Of a stretch of DNA of 64,000 bases, positions 50,635 through 62,674 are shown in pieces. The stretch covers positions 29,884,001 to 29,948,000 of the forward strand of contig NC_073387.1 of NCBI RefSeq assembly GCF_028641065.1, given 5' to 3'. How positions within the stretch are numbered: the first letter of the stretch is position 1; each line of letters starts with the position of its first letter. The position numbers and the translations under genes are program-made. The stretch comes from Leucoraja erinacea (taxonomy: Eukaryota). The notes below the pieces were generated by a model, which worked only from the letters and a program-made list of their open reading frames with translations, made no database searches and was not told the DNA's origin.

Positions 50635-52670
50635 TAGGACTGAAGGCAGATAAACCCCCAGGGCCTGCTGGTCTGCATTCCAGAGTACTCAAGGACAGTC
50701 ACGGAAATCGCTATTAAAACATGGAGGGGACACCATTTCCTTGCGTGCGTCTGCGCGCATGCGCATGCGCACACACATGCAAGGCTTCGGCCGTGGGCCC
50801 TGTGGACCGTAACATCGGGAGCTGACCTGGTTGGCGACCGACTCCAAACTCCAGCAACAGCAGCTTCACTTGCCCCGAATCGTGGGGCTTGAATCGGCCC
50901 ATTCATGGGGTCTTTCATCGGCCGGCAGGGGCTTCAACATCGGGAGCCTCGATCGCCTCGATGCAGCAGTTTGATTTTAAGCCACGCCGGGAGCTTAAAG
51001 GCCCCGCGAATGGGTCAATTCAGCCCTTAGAAAGCATCTGATAAATATTACAAAATATGGGGGAGATTGTCCTCCACCTCTCAAAGCATGGGGGGGAGGG
51101 GGGGGCGTGTCCCCCTGTCCCCCCCCAGGATTTCTGCACATGGTAAGGAGGTGGCCTTAGAAATCGTGAATGCAATGGAGATAATTTTCCAGTATTCTCT
51201 CGACTGGATCAGTTCCTATGGACTGGAGGGGAGCCACTGTAACCTCACTTTTTAAGAAAAGAGGGAGAGAGGAATGTGGAATTATAGACCAGTTAGCCTT
51301 ACATCAGTAGCGCGGAAGATGCTTGAGTCGATTGTTAATGATGTTATAGCAGCGCATTTGGAAAGCAGTGACAGGATCGGTCAAAGTCAGCATGGATTTA
51401 TGAAGGGAAAATCATGCTTGACTAATCTTCTGGACGTTTTTGAGGATGTAACAAGTAAAATGGATAAGGGAGAGCCAGTTAGTGTGGTGTATCTTGACTT
51501 TCAAAAAGCCTTTGACAAGGTCCCACACAAGAGTTTAGTGTGCAAAACTAGAGCACATGTAATTGGGGGTAGGGTATCGACATGGATAAAGAACTGGTTG
51601 GCAGACAGGAAGCAAAGAGTAGGAATTAATGGGTCCTTTTCAGAATGGCAGGCAGTGACTGGTGGGATGCTGCAAGGTTCGGTGCTGGGACCCCAGTTAT
51701 TTACAATATATATTAACGATTTAGACCAGGGAATTAAATATGACATCTCCAAGTTTGCGGATGACACAAAACTGGGTGGTAGTGTAAGCTGCGATGAGGA
51801 TGCTATGAGGATGCAGGGTGACTTGGATAGGTTGGGTGAGTGGGCACATGCATGGCAGATGCGGTATAATGTGGATAAATGTGAGGTTATCCACTTTGGT
51901 GGCGAGAACAGGATGGCAGATTATTATCTGAATGGTGTCAGATTAGGAAAAGGGGAGGTGCAACGAGACCTGGGTGTGCTTGTACATCAGTCACTGAAAG
52001 TAAGCATACAGGTACAGCAGGCAGTGAAGAAAGCTAATTGCATGTTGGCCTTCATTGCGAGAGGATTTTAGTTTAGGAGCAAGGAGATTCTACTGCAGTT
52101 GTACAGGGCCTGGTGAGACTGCACTTGGAGTACTGTGTGCAATTTTGGTCTCCTAATTTGAGGAAGGACATTATTGCTATTGAGGGAGCGCATCGTAGGT
52201 TCACCAGGTTAAGTCCCGGGATGGCAGGACTGACATATGATGAAAGAATGGGTCAACTGGAATTTAGAAGGATGAAAGGATATCTTATAGAATATAAACA
52301 TATAAAATTCTTAAAGGATTGGACAGGCTAGATGCAGGAAAAATGTTCACGATGTTAGGGGAGTCCAGAACCGGACGTCACAGTTTGAGAATAAGGGGTA
52401 GATCATTTAGGACTGAGATGAGGAAAATCTTCTTCACCCAGAGAGTTGTGAATCTATGGAATTCTCTGCCACAGAAGGCAGTGAGGGCCAATCCACTGGA
52501 TGTTTTCAAGAAGGCGTTAGATTTTTCTCTTAGGGCTAAAGAAATTAAGGGATATAGGGAAAAAGCAGGAACGGGATACTGATTTTAGATGATCAGCCAT
52601 GATCATATTGAATGTCAGTGCTGGCTCTAATGGCTGAATGGTCTACTCCTGCACCTATTTTTCTATGTTT
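50635..52670 (+). mobile_element. CR1 LINE, 5'-truncated (RT to 3' end)
   Basis: ORF 51274-52071: NYRPVSLTS, QHGFMKGKSCLTNL, YLDFQKAFDKVPH, QGSVLGP, KFADDTKL. Downstream RLHLEYCVQFWSP and FFTQRVVNLWNSLP; 3' tail ttctatgt. Confidence 0.95.
50696..51142. mobile_element. Probable hAT-like MITE inserted in CR1
   Basis: Interrupts CR1 at ...gtactcaagga|ggtggcc with aagga repeated. Imperfect termini cagtcacggaaatc / gatttctgcacatg. Confidence 0.55.
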
Positions 52671-55600
52671 AACACGGTATTGTTTTGAATGAGCTGGGGA
52701 GTTAAAATGGGTTGCTCGAAATGGTCTCCTTTACTGCCACGGTGAGGTCAAAGGCAAATCAGAGGATCAGCACCTCTTATTCTGCACCTCTAATTCAATG
52801 CATAAACAGAGAATTTTCCAATACAGGTAACCAACACTCTCTGTCCTTTCTCACTCCTTCTGAAACACCTAGGTTCTCTAGCGCACCCACTGCTTTCCAT
52901 ACCCGTGCCCTCCTGTCACCAAATTTCTTGCTCCTTCTCCTCCTGATTCCTCACCTACTGGAACCCCAATAATCTCACGTTTCTGTTCCCATCTGCCACC
53001 ATCCATCCCTCATCCCACCCTTCACTCATCACCTTCCTTTCCCATCATATTCAATGATCTTCAGACCTTTGTTGTCTCCATTTCACATTTCCCAGCCTCT
53101 GTTGTCATTTGCACCCTCACCTCCCCAAATGGCTGTATGCCCATCAACATCTCCTCACCTGGATCCACCAACTTGCCAGCCTTAGCTCACCACCCTGCTC
53201 TCCTCTATACTAGTTATTTCCTCTTTACACTCAGTCCTGAGACATCTCAACCCTGAAATGTTGACTATCACAGATGCTGCCTTACCTAATGAATTCCTCC
53301 AGCAATTGTTTTTTGTTGTTGATCCAAGCACTTGTGAGGCTCTTTCTAAGGTCACAGATATCAGAGGACAAATGTGAGCATTGGCCCTATAAATGGAAAC
53401 TATTCAGGAGAAACTGAATTAATAATTGTTGGAATATCTGTTAGTGAACAGGGCAGGGAGATGGAAAATCATACTAGTGATGCATTATATGATCATGTAT
53501 GTAATCTAGTGGAGGAAATGGAAATCCCACTGAAAACTCATGATGAGTTTCCAGACAGGCACAACAGGACTTAGAAATGAGCACAGGACTCTGGCTATGT
53601 TAATTTCATCTTTAGTACTTTGAAGTTGTATGAAGATATTTCCAAGCCAGAGACTGTTCTATTTGGTGGGAAGAACAAGCCTGAAGTAAGATATAATCAA
53701 AGAGGGAATGGAGGAGGAACGTCTGCTGAAAGCGAGGAACTAGCTGTCAGTGGACCTGGCTGAGACAAGTAAGGGAGATGGAGATAAAGGAAGGTGAAAT
53801 AAATATATAGCGGAGAAAGGAACAGAGTCTCAACATGATAAAGATAGATAGGGAAAGGCTGGAGGTGGGAGCATAAACACTGGTGTGGATGATTGAACCA
53901 GATAGCCTGTTTCCATGCATTTTTTGTTAAGAAAAGCTTTGTCCAGAGCGTCCACTCCCCATAGTGAAGAACAGTACACAAATGTATACTTCTTTTTTAG
54001 TGCTGACTGTCCAAATCACAAATTTAATTTAACATATATAAAAAATATGTTTTTGTCTATAAAACGAACCCACATTTTCAAAGTGCACTCCCAATTAGAT
54101 ACAGCTTCATTGAACCCAGAGTCCTGCACAAGCAAGCTGTGTGTTCATGCCTGAACATATATTGTGAATGTAAGTGGACTATTTGGACGTGGGCGGTGGG
54201 GGCTGAATTATATACCATAGACAATCCTGTCTTGTTTTTTCAGCAGTCACTTAATAGGAACCAGAGTACTGACTTTAGGCACTTTTCACTCTCTGGGCTT
54301 CGAAGTGGTCTAGCTGTTTTGGTGTGTTTTAGTTGTCTGAACTAAAAGAGTGTTTTGGCTGTATTTTGTTGCTCGGTGATGGTTTTACTTCATGGTGTGA
54401 AGAAACATTTTTTTATAGAATTCTGACATATTTGTGCAAACACAGCATATTTGCATGATGTTGGTGTTGTGGCATCCAATACAACATAATAAACACCCTG
54501 AGGTAAGTGTGTTGTTAGGTGCCTGGCTAAGATTCAGTTAGGTGCCTGGCTAAGATTCGATTCCCTTCCCATATCACCAGCCACAGGCCGTTTAATGTTA
54601 TGCTCCAGATGAGGTTGAACTACCACTTTAGCAGCAGAAGCCATATCATTGCTGATCTCATTTGTATTTATTCATACAAATGTATATTCATGACTGTTAG
54701 CATTCAAACATGCATTGCAAGTGTGCGGGTTGGTTCTAATGAGAGTCAGAATATCACTGTTTTCCTACAAAATTGCACATATTTCAACTTTATGTTCAGG
54801 CATACAATGGTAATTTTCGATGAAAATACAGAAATGTTTGACTACATATAATTTTATAAAGCAATTCTAATGAGCTGCATTAAATATATTTCCGTTGAAG
54901 ATGTTGGAAAAGAAATCTGCATACAATGCTTTCATATGGGAGCTGTTCTCTAAATTAAATATTAAAGGAATCTCACTGGGGAATTGCTGTTTCAAAAGCA
55001 AAATCTCATCCTACATTGTATCACTACCTGGTTTCACGCTGAACAAATCCCACATATTGAACTGACATTTCAATGTCAATTATCAAACTGATGACTCTGC
55101 AAATTCATTTTGCAAATGAAAAGGAAAGTGCTTTAAGCTATTTATGCTGTCTATAACCGAATGTGTTTAAAACTCATGAATATAATCACAACAGTATTGA
55201 AATAATTCTATGTGGGAGTGTTTGTGGTATTACATTTGCAATAAATCAGGTAAGCCGTATCAAGATGCAAAGGATAATGTAATTCAATAGTTGTGTTGAA
55301 AATCTCCTTGAGATGTACATTGTTAAAAGGAAAACTATGTTGACATCCTGCTTTAAAAATTGAACAGTAAGAAACAAATTTCTATTATGTTTTGAATATT
55401 ATCCTTTCTCTGCATCAGAGCACCTGGTTCTCCAAATGTGACCCATGAATTATTTTCACAGTAATTAATATCCCGAAGCATGGCTTGTGTGCCACTGTAA
55501 TGTCTATAGATGATATTCTAATGTGGTCCTAGCCAGCAATCACAGATCACCCTCACTAAGCACAAGTGCATCAACATTTCTGCCACCCAATTCATAACTC

Positions 55601-58270
55601 ATACTAAGGCCCCAACACCCATGGCATATTAGCCCAAGACTCTTTAAAAAAAAAATCATTGCTTTAAAATCTTCCATGATCTATCGGCTTTGTAATATCC
55701 TACATCCCTGTTCTTTTCAGCTCTTTTTATCTCTTCTGTTCTCCCTCTCAGTTATCCATGATGTTAGCATTGTGAGGTGCGTACCTAGGGTAGATTGTGG
55801 GAAATATTCCCAAAATCAGAGGTGTCTAATACTTTGGGAAGTAAGTTGAGGATAAGGAGTAAGAGGTTTGCAAGGGCAACTAAGGAGGAATTATTTTACC
55901 CAAAGGACGGTTGGTTTGGGATGTGCAGTCTGAGTGGTGGAGGAGGCAGGTACTCCCACATTCTCCATCAGTATTGCAACAATCGCAGCCCTTTGCGTAG
56001 CCAGAAGTCTGGACCTAGCATCATTTGTGTGAAGGATTATTTTGTTCATACTGGTACAAGGTTAATCCCATTTTCCTGCTCTCTGCACATAGCCTTGCAA
56101 ATTATGTTTCTTGAACTGATACTTTTTTTTCCCGATGGGGTGAGGGTTTCCCCATCCTCCACCTTTTCAGGTAGAGAAATTGAGGCAATGCAGATGACCC
56201 TGAACGTCCAGTCACCTGACACTTTAATTATCCATCCCACTCGGTCCTCTCTGCCTCTGGCCTCCTATACTGTTCCAGTGAAGTGTAATATCAGCTCAAA
56301 GAGTAGGCCCCCTTTCAAATTAGGCAAGTCACAGCCCTGAGATTTAACACACAGTTCAAATATTTTAGATCATCATTTTGTGTCAGAAATAACCAATTCT
56401 AATGTATCAGTCTTCAACCATCCGATGGCCAATTCCCAGTCTGAAGTTGGGTCTCAACCTAAAATGCCTTCTGTCTATTTCCCTCCACATATAGAGTCAT
56501 AGAGTCTTACAGCGTGGAAACAGCTCCTTTGGCCCAACTTGCCCAAACTGGCCAACATGTCCCATCTACACTAGTCCCACCTGCCTGCATTTGGCCCATA
56601 TCCCTCTAAACCTGTCCTATCTAAATGTTTCTTAAAAGTTGCAATAGTCCCTGCCTCAACTACCTCCTCTGGCAGCTCGTTCCATATACCTACCACCCTT
56701 TGCTTGAAAATATTCTGTTGCCTGTATGTTGCTTGACCTTCAGCACTTCTGTTTGTGCTCAAGGTTCCAGCATCTGCAGTCTCCTGAGTGACTAAATTGT
56801 TTATTATATATTACATATGGGAATTGTGTTTACAGGCCTGTTGTGCAGCTGCTGGGATGAATTTAATTGTCCCATTGTCAATATATATGACAACCAAACA
56901 CACTGGACTTGGAGGTCATCCACTTGTAAAATAATTCCAACCTTTTCTGTCTACGGATGCTACCAGATCTGTGGAATTCTTGTAGCATTCTCCCTTATTT
57001 CAGATTTCTGAAAACCCTTGAGTTCTACAGCGTACAATTCCAGCATTGTTATTTTCTTTCACTATAATTGCTCTCATGTAACTCTCTCTTTCCACCACTC
57101 TCCAGACAAATCAGTTGTGATTTACAAACATTCACTCCCGTTGATTAGACGGCATCAAAAGCAATTGTGTTAGCTGTTGTTTGCCATCCTTTCACAGCCA
57201 TTTGTTTTGGTGTCTGTAGTTCATCCCCCTCTGCAAATTAGCTATGCTCACTTTCTCTCTTTTCCAGTTCTGATGAAGGAAGATTAACTCTGTCTCTCTC
57301 CACAGATGCTGCCTGACCTGCAGACAATTTACAGCATTGTCACTTTTCAGTGCATCACTCCTTTGTTCACACATGGACAATCTTGATTAGAAGCCTGCTT
57401 ATCTTTAACCTTTGCATTGGGTCGGGCAGGCACATTTTTAATGTTGAAGTGAAATACCTGCTTCCTGTGAATGTTATAGAATATGGATCCCCTTGTCATT
57501 AGGTCTCTACAAATCGCATAACTGAATGTGCCAGTGGTTGACAAGCACTAATTAGAAAGCAAATTATAACACTACTGTAAGACAGATATGTATACCTTTA
57601 AAAGCGGAATTATTATTGGCCTAGTTACCCTACTACATCTGCCATCAGTGATTTTGTGGATTAAAACTATGACTCTGATATCAACTGTGAGCCACCGTTG
57701 AGTGAATGTGCAATGATGTGAGTCTGAAACCCACTGGGTTTATTGGGAAGTTTTCCATTTTGCTTGCTGTGCTGTAAGACGTGGCATGGTAGCCATGACA
57801 ACAGGAAGCTACTCGCTCAGATCAAGTGAGTCTTAGAATCATTCTTCCATTCTTCATTTCTGGAGCATGTGAAAAATGTTTTTAACTTAATTATCTTGGG
57901 CATCTTCTGGATCTAATCTACCTCGCAAGTAAGGTGGTCCAATATGAAATGACTCCAGGTTTTTGTTAAGTCCAAAGAGGTAAATGTGTGGTTAGATTGA
58001 CATGTGATCAAGTCAATGTGCACATCTCAAGGACTGCAGCATGTCAAGTTAGCTCATTGCACCTTCTCAAGGGCAACTAGGGATGGGTAATTTTACTTCG
58101 GAGTCACGTGAGTGACTACATGAAGAACCCACCCAGCGCGCAGGCGCGGCATTACGTCAGCAGTGCAACAGCGGCAGCAGCTGGAGCCAGGCTCTCCAGC
58201 GGCAGCATAAAGTCAAGACCTCAGGTAAGTGCCTTTTTTGTGTTACAGAGTCGCTCAACGGTGGAGAATT

Positions 58271-59494
58271 ATGGCCACCCGAAAGCGACCAGCCAGAAGG
58301 ACTGCCTGCCCTACTCCACCCGAGGAGGGGTCCATAGCTGGGCGGCAGCCACTCGTAGCGGAGGAGCCATTTCAACGCTCCCGCTCACCCGACGCCGAGC
58401 CGCCCCCTGTGCTGCCGATATCGACGCCCCGCACAGGGAGGAAGGCTACCCATAAAACGGACCGGCCGGTGTCCTCCGATTCATCGGAGGAACGGGAACG
58501 CTCTCCACCGCCGAAACGGGGAGACGCCCGCATCAGCTGCATGAGGCAGCTGTTGGAACAAATGATTGATGAGGAGATGCAGGCTAGGCATCTCCCAGGA
58601 GGACGGGCTTTGGCCTCCTCCTTACCATCACCACACCCTTCTGTACCCTCTATGTTCGAGGGCAGTAAGGGAGGCCAGGACTGGGCTGGCCTATCCCAAG
58701 GGCAGGCGGACGACAACATCAGTATGCCGGGCGTGCTGGAAGAAGAGCTACTGGGTGTAGTGGGTCGGTACGCAGCGCCCCCAACGACCGGGATGGTACT
58801 ACCACCTAGACTGGCGGCCAGCATCAATAGGCTTTCCAACAAGCCGCTGCTGGAAAAGGTCGTCCAGCAGGCCCTTGATACCTATACAGCGCCAGAGAAT
58901 TGCGAGGCGCTGCGGGTGAAAACAGTCAACGGGCAAATATGGAACCAGCTGGGGCAGCAGATCAGGACTCACGAGGTAAAAATGCAGCGGGTCCTGAAGC
59001 TCCACTCTGCAGCCATCACCGCCTTTGCTCGGTCCGTCGGGAACGAAGAGCTTTCCATACCCCAGCAGGATGCACTGGCATTGATGTGCAACACCACGTA
59101 CGAGCTCAACAGCCTACGGCGGGATAACATCAGGCCTGCCCTCAATCCGAAATACGCAGGCCTCTGCAAAGCTCCAGCGCCGGAACGGGAGGCGCTGCTA
59201 TTTGGTGCAGACCTGGCCAAAAAACTAAAAGAGTTGGAAGAGGCGGCCAAACCTGTAGGCCTCATGAGGGCAGCGCCAGGACCAAGCAGGGTGAAGACAC
59301 CCAGTTGGCAGCACGCCTCAGCATCCACCAGCAGGTACCGAGCTGGTGAAAGCCTGGTGACCGCCTCCCACTACCCCCAGAGCTCTTTTTTAGAGCGGGG
59401 CCCAGGGCGGAGCCGTGGGAAGATGCGCCGCCCCACCGCAGCACCAACACGGACAACCTTGGGCCAAACCTATCGGAAACGCCCCCACAAATAA
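58271..59494 (+). CDS. DIRS ORF1, gag-like protein (407 aa from ATG 58271)
   Basis: Open frame from ATG GCC ACC to TAA, ending 2 nt before the pol ATG. Motifs PENCEAL..VN.QIW, ELNSLRRDNIRPALNPKYAGLC and LLFGADL are typical of deuterostome DIRS ORF1. Homologous to ORF 26059-26691 (GRKATHKTDR vs GGKAKQKTDR). Confidence 0.85.
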   Translation: MATRKRPARRTACPTPPEEGSIAGRQPLVAEEPFQRSRSPDAEPPPVLPISTPRTGRKATHKTDRPVSSDSSEERERSPPPKRGDARISCMRQLLEQMIDEEMQARHLPGGRALASSLPSPHPSVPSMFEGSKGGQDWAGLSQGQADDNISMPGVLEEELLGVVGRYAAPPTTGMVLPPRLAASINRLSNKPLLEKVVQQALDTYTAPENCEALRVKTVNGQIWNQLGQQIRTHEVKMQRVLKLHSAAITAFARSVGNEELSIPQQDALALMCNTTYELNSLRRDNIRPALNPKYAGLCKAPAPEREALLFGADLAKKLKELEEAAKPVGLMRAAPGPSRVKTPSWQHASASTSRYRAGESLVTASHYPQSSFLERGPGRSRGKMRRPTAAPTRTTLGQTYRKRPHK

Positions 59495-59496
59495 AC

Positions 59497-61431
59497 ATGG
59501 AGGTAGGTGGGTCTGGTTCCTGCCAACATGCACAGACAAAGGGTGTTGTATTAACAGGAGGACGTTTGAGGTTCTTCAAGCATGTTTGGTGCTCCCTTAC
59601 TAACAATAAGTTTATACTCAACAGTATCAGTGGATACAAAATTGAATTCAAACCAGGCATAGAACCGCCAGTTCAGCACATGCCCCAAAGGGTATTCCTT
59701 CCCTCAGCAGTTGAGAAGGTAGAAGGACAAGCTGAACTAGATCGGCTCGTGGCTAAAGGCATCATAGAAATGACCACACACGAGCCGCAAGAATTTGTAT
59801 CAAATATTTTTCTCAAATCCAAAAAAGATGGTGGATGTCGCATTATTATTGATCTGACGTCACTTAATCAGTCTGTTGAGTATCAACATTTCAAAATGGA
59901 GACATTTGTCACTGCCAGACAACTGATCTCCAAGGGATACTACATGGCAAGCATAGATATCAAGGATGCTTACTATTTAGTACCCATTCATAGGGATTAT
60001 TACAAATATCTGAAATTTATCTGGATGGGCCAGCTATGGCAGTACAGAGCCTTGCCCAATGGTTTAACGACAGCTCCCAGATTATTTACAAAAATTCTCA
60101 AAGTGGCCATGAAAAAATTGAGAGAACAAAAACATTTAGTCGTGGCCTATCTGGACGATGTTCTCATATTAGGGAGAACAAGGGAACTAGCTGTCGCAGG
60201 AGTTTTAGCCACTAAACAACTCCTTGAAACTTTGGGATTCATCCTACACCCAGATAAATCAATATTGGAGCCTACTACTAACATGGATTACCTAGGCTTC
60301 ACTATTGACACTATCCATATGACTGTCACTCTGCCCAGAGACAAAAAAGTTTCACTCATCGAAGCTTGTAACCATTTAATTGCTATACCGCAACCAAGGA
60401 TACGGCACGTAGCCAGAGTTATTGGCTCTATAGTAGCAGCATTCCCGGCTGCCCAACATGGGCCCTTGCATTATCAAAATTTGCAAAGAGCAAGGACTCA
60501 TGCATTACGTCTTAATAGGGGGCATTATGACCGCAAAACGGAGTTACCTACTGAAGCCAGATCAGAACTTCAGTGGTGGGTCGATAATATTTGGCACAGT
60601 CACAGTCCTATCGCCGTCACCAATCCTAACATAACCATTACAACGGATGCCAGTGCTTTAGGCTGGGGAGCTACTAACTCCATAGACAGCACAGGTGGCA
60701 GATGGACTAACTCAGAGGCATCGCTACTACAATCACTGGGCATTAACTTCTTGGAAATGCTCGCCGCCTTTTATGGGCTAAAAGCATATACATCTGATAT
60801 GCGGCATGTGCATGTTAGGATTATGATTGACAACACAACGGCGGTATCTTATATCCAGCACATGGGTGGCATAAAATCAGTATCATGCGACAAATTAACT
60901 ACTATAATCTGGCAATGGTGTGTCGAGAGACATATTTGGCTATCAGCTGCCTATTTACCAGGCAAGCTAAATTTAGTGGCGGACACCAGGTCACGAAAAT
61001 TCAATGACAACATCGAATGGATGTTGGACCCAAAACTATTTGCTAGAATTGTCAAGCAATATGGTACGCCAGATATAGATTTGTTTGCGTCTAGACTAAA
61101 TCACCAACTACCCATGTATGTGGCTTGGGAACCAGACCCAGAGGCAGCAGCGGTAGATGCCTTCACGCTGGATTGGGGAAATTTCTTTTTCTATGCTTTC
61201 CCTCCCTTCTGCCTCATCAGTCGGGTACTCCAGAAAAGTCGGGCAGACTCAGCCTCCGGCATTCTGATCGTGCCCGACTGGCCTACCCAACCATGGTTCC
61301 CAATGTTCCACGACATGGTGGTAGAGACACCTATGGTCCTTCACAACCACCCCCACTTATTGACTCACCCGGTAACTGGCATTAGTCATCCATGCCACCA
61401 AAAATTGAACCTCCTGGTTTCCAGATTCTGA
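59497..61431 (+). CDS. DIRS ORF2: reverse transcriptase + RNase H + phage-like N6-adenine methyltransferase domain (644 aa)
   Basis: RT: KKDGGCRIIIDL, IDIKDAYY, LPNGLTTAPRLFTK, YLDD. RNase H: TDASALGWG, INFLEMLA, IDNTTAVSYI, YLPGKLNLVADTRSR. MT: PDIDLFAS..N, VDAF..DW, YAFPPF, ILIVPDWPTQPWFP. Confidence 0.95.
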   Translation: MEVGGSGSCQHAQTKGVVLTGGRLRFFKHVWCSLTNNKFILNSISGYKIEFKPGIEPPVQHMPQRVFLPSAVEKVEGQAELDRLVAKGIIEMTTHEPQEFVSNIFLKSKKDGGCRIIIDLTSLNQSVEYQHFKMETFVTARQLISKGYYMASIDIKDAYYLVPIHRDYYKYLKFIWMGQLWQYRALPNGLTTAPRLFTKILKVAMKKLREQKHLVVAYLDDVLILGRTRELAVAGVLATKQLLETLGFILHPDKSILEPTTNMDYLGFTIDTIHMTVTLPRDKKVSLIEACNHLIAIPQPRIRHVARVIGSIVAAFPAAQHGPLHYQNLQRARTHALRLNRGHYDRKTELPTEARSELQWWVDNIWHSHSPIAVTNPNITITTDASALGWGATNSIDSTGGRWTNSEASLLQSLGINFLEMLAAFYGLKAYTSDMRHVHVRIMIDNTTAVSYIQHMGGIKSVSCDKLTTIIWQWCVERHIWLSAAYLPGKLNLVADTRSRKFNDNIEWMLDPKLFARIVKQYGTPDIDLFASRLNHQLPMYVAWEPDPEAAAVDAFTLDWGNFFFYAFPPFCLISRVLQKSRADSASGILIVPDWPTQPWFPMFHDMVVETPMVLHNHPHLLTHPVTGISHPCHQKLNLLVSRF

Positions 61432-62402
61432 ACAGACCTTACCGGGGATTGGGGTTATCAGAGAGAACAATCACCACCATGTCGGCATCCCTGCGAGTTT
61501 CCACCAAGAAACAGTACCTGACCTACATCAGGAAATGGGAACAGTACTGTCTGGAAGCAGGGACATCTTACAAGACGGCTTCGATCTCGGATGTGCTGGA
61601 GTTCCTGGCCCACCTGCACCATGACCTAAAGATGAGCTACAGTGCCATCAATGCAGCTCGGAGCGCCCTGTCCGCATACCTTATGCCCATAGGACAGCAT
61701 AGTGTTGGATCCCACCCTCTGGTTATCAAACTCCTTAAAGGGATTTATAACACCAAACCCCCTACACCTAGATACACCCATATGTGGGATGTTAGTGTAG
61801 TATTGTCACACCTTCGAGGTTGGCCTCCGGTGGGATCCCTGAGCCTGGAACAGTCCACTTATAAGACCCTCATGCTCATGGCGCTTGTCTCAGCTCAGAG
61901 GGTTCAGTCGCTGCATCAGTTAAATCTGGACCACATGGTGACCACCCCAGATACCATTACTTTTACCATGCCGGGGTTGGTCAAACAGAGCAGACCAGGT
62001 ACATCCAACTCCCCGTTGATCTTCCGGGCATACCCTCCAGAACCTAGGCTGTGTGTGGTGACCCACCTTTATAATTACATAGACACAACCCGAACTCTTA
62101 GAGGGGGAGAAAAAGCCTTATGGGTCAGCCATAAAAAGCCTTTTGGACGGGTTACCAGCCAGACAATATCCAGATGGTTGAAACAGGTCCTTAATATGGC
62201 AGGGATTAACACAGATGTTTTTAAATCCCATTCAACCAGGGCAGCGTCCACGTCAGCGGCGGATCGGATGCAGGTTCCCCTAGACCACATCCTCAGTGCA
62301 GCGGGATGGTCAAGGGAATCGACATTCCAAAAATTCTACCGCAAACCGCTGATGCAGAAGGACGTCTTTGCGGAGAGAATTTTAGAAACCGCAAATTTAT
62401 AA
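61392..62402 (+). CDS. DIRS ORF3: tyrosine recombinase (true start possibly supplied by splicing at 61425)
   Basis: N-terminal SAM-like region (STKKQY..KW..YC, SYSAINAARSALS). Catalytic residues R (SAQR), HSTR, W (AAGW) and Y (TFQKFY). Confidence 0.93.
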   Translation: MPPKIEPPGFQILNRPYRGLGLSERTITTMSASLRVSTKKQYLTYIRKWEQYCLEAGTSYKTASISDVLEFLAHLHHDLKMSYSAINAARSALSAYLMPIGQHSVGSHPLVIKLLKGIYNTKPPTPRYTHMWDVSVVLSHLRGWPPVGSLSLEQSTYKTLMLMALVSAQRVQSLHQLNLDHMVTTPDTITFTMPGLVKQSRPGTSNSPLIFRAYPPEPRLCVVTHLYNYIDTTRTLRGGEKALWVSHKKPFGRVTSQTISRWLKQVLNMAGINTDVFKSHSTRAASTSAADRMQVPLDHILSAAGWSRESTFQKFYRKPLMQKDVFAERILETANL

Positions 62403-62561
62403 TTTAAAGCCCAGGGGAGCTATTTTTTGTTGTTCTTAATAAACATTTGTTTTTTAAAACTAACAAACTCGTTGGTCTTTAGCTACCACTTCCTCCCTCG
62501 ATGATCTTTCGGCAGTGAGTGATAAAACTGTTACACGGTTTGAAATCACAGACCTTTGAAG

Positions 62562-62674
62562 TCTTCACGTAGTCACTCACGTGACTCCGAAGTAAAATAG
62601 TGAGATTAAACGAGTACTTACCAGTACGAAGTTTGATCTGTATTTTATGAGGAGTTACGATGAGGGATTACGTG
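62562..62674 (+). repeat. DIRS internal complementary region (ICR), copy 1
   Basis: 62562-62597 is the reverse complement of 58091-58126 (1 mismatch). 62612-62674 is the reverse complement of 62819-62881 (1 mismatch). Confidence 0.93.

Noticed and set aside
54514-54558. 22-bp tandem duplication (similar ones at ~18211-18246 and ~30352-30406)
   Set aside because: Ordinary slippage-type duplications with no further structure.
58372-59660. Antisense ORFs over DIRS gag and the start of pol
   Set aside because: Expected shadows of a GC-rich coding strand; not conserved in copy 2.
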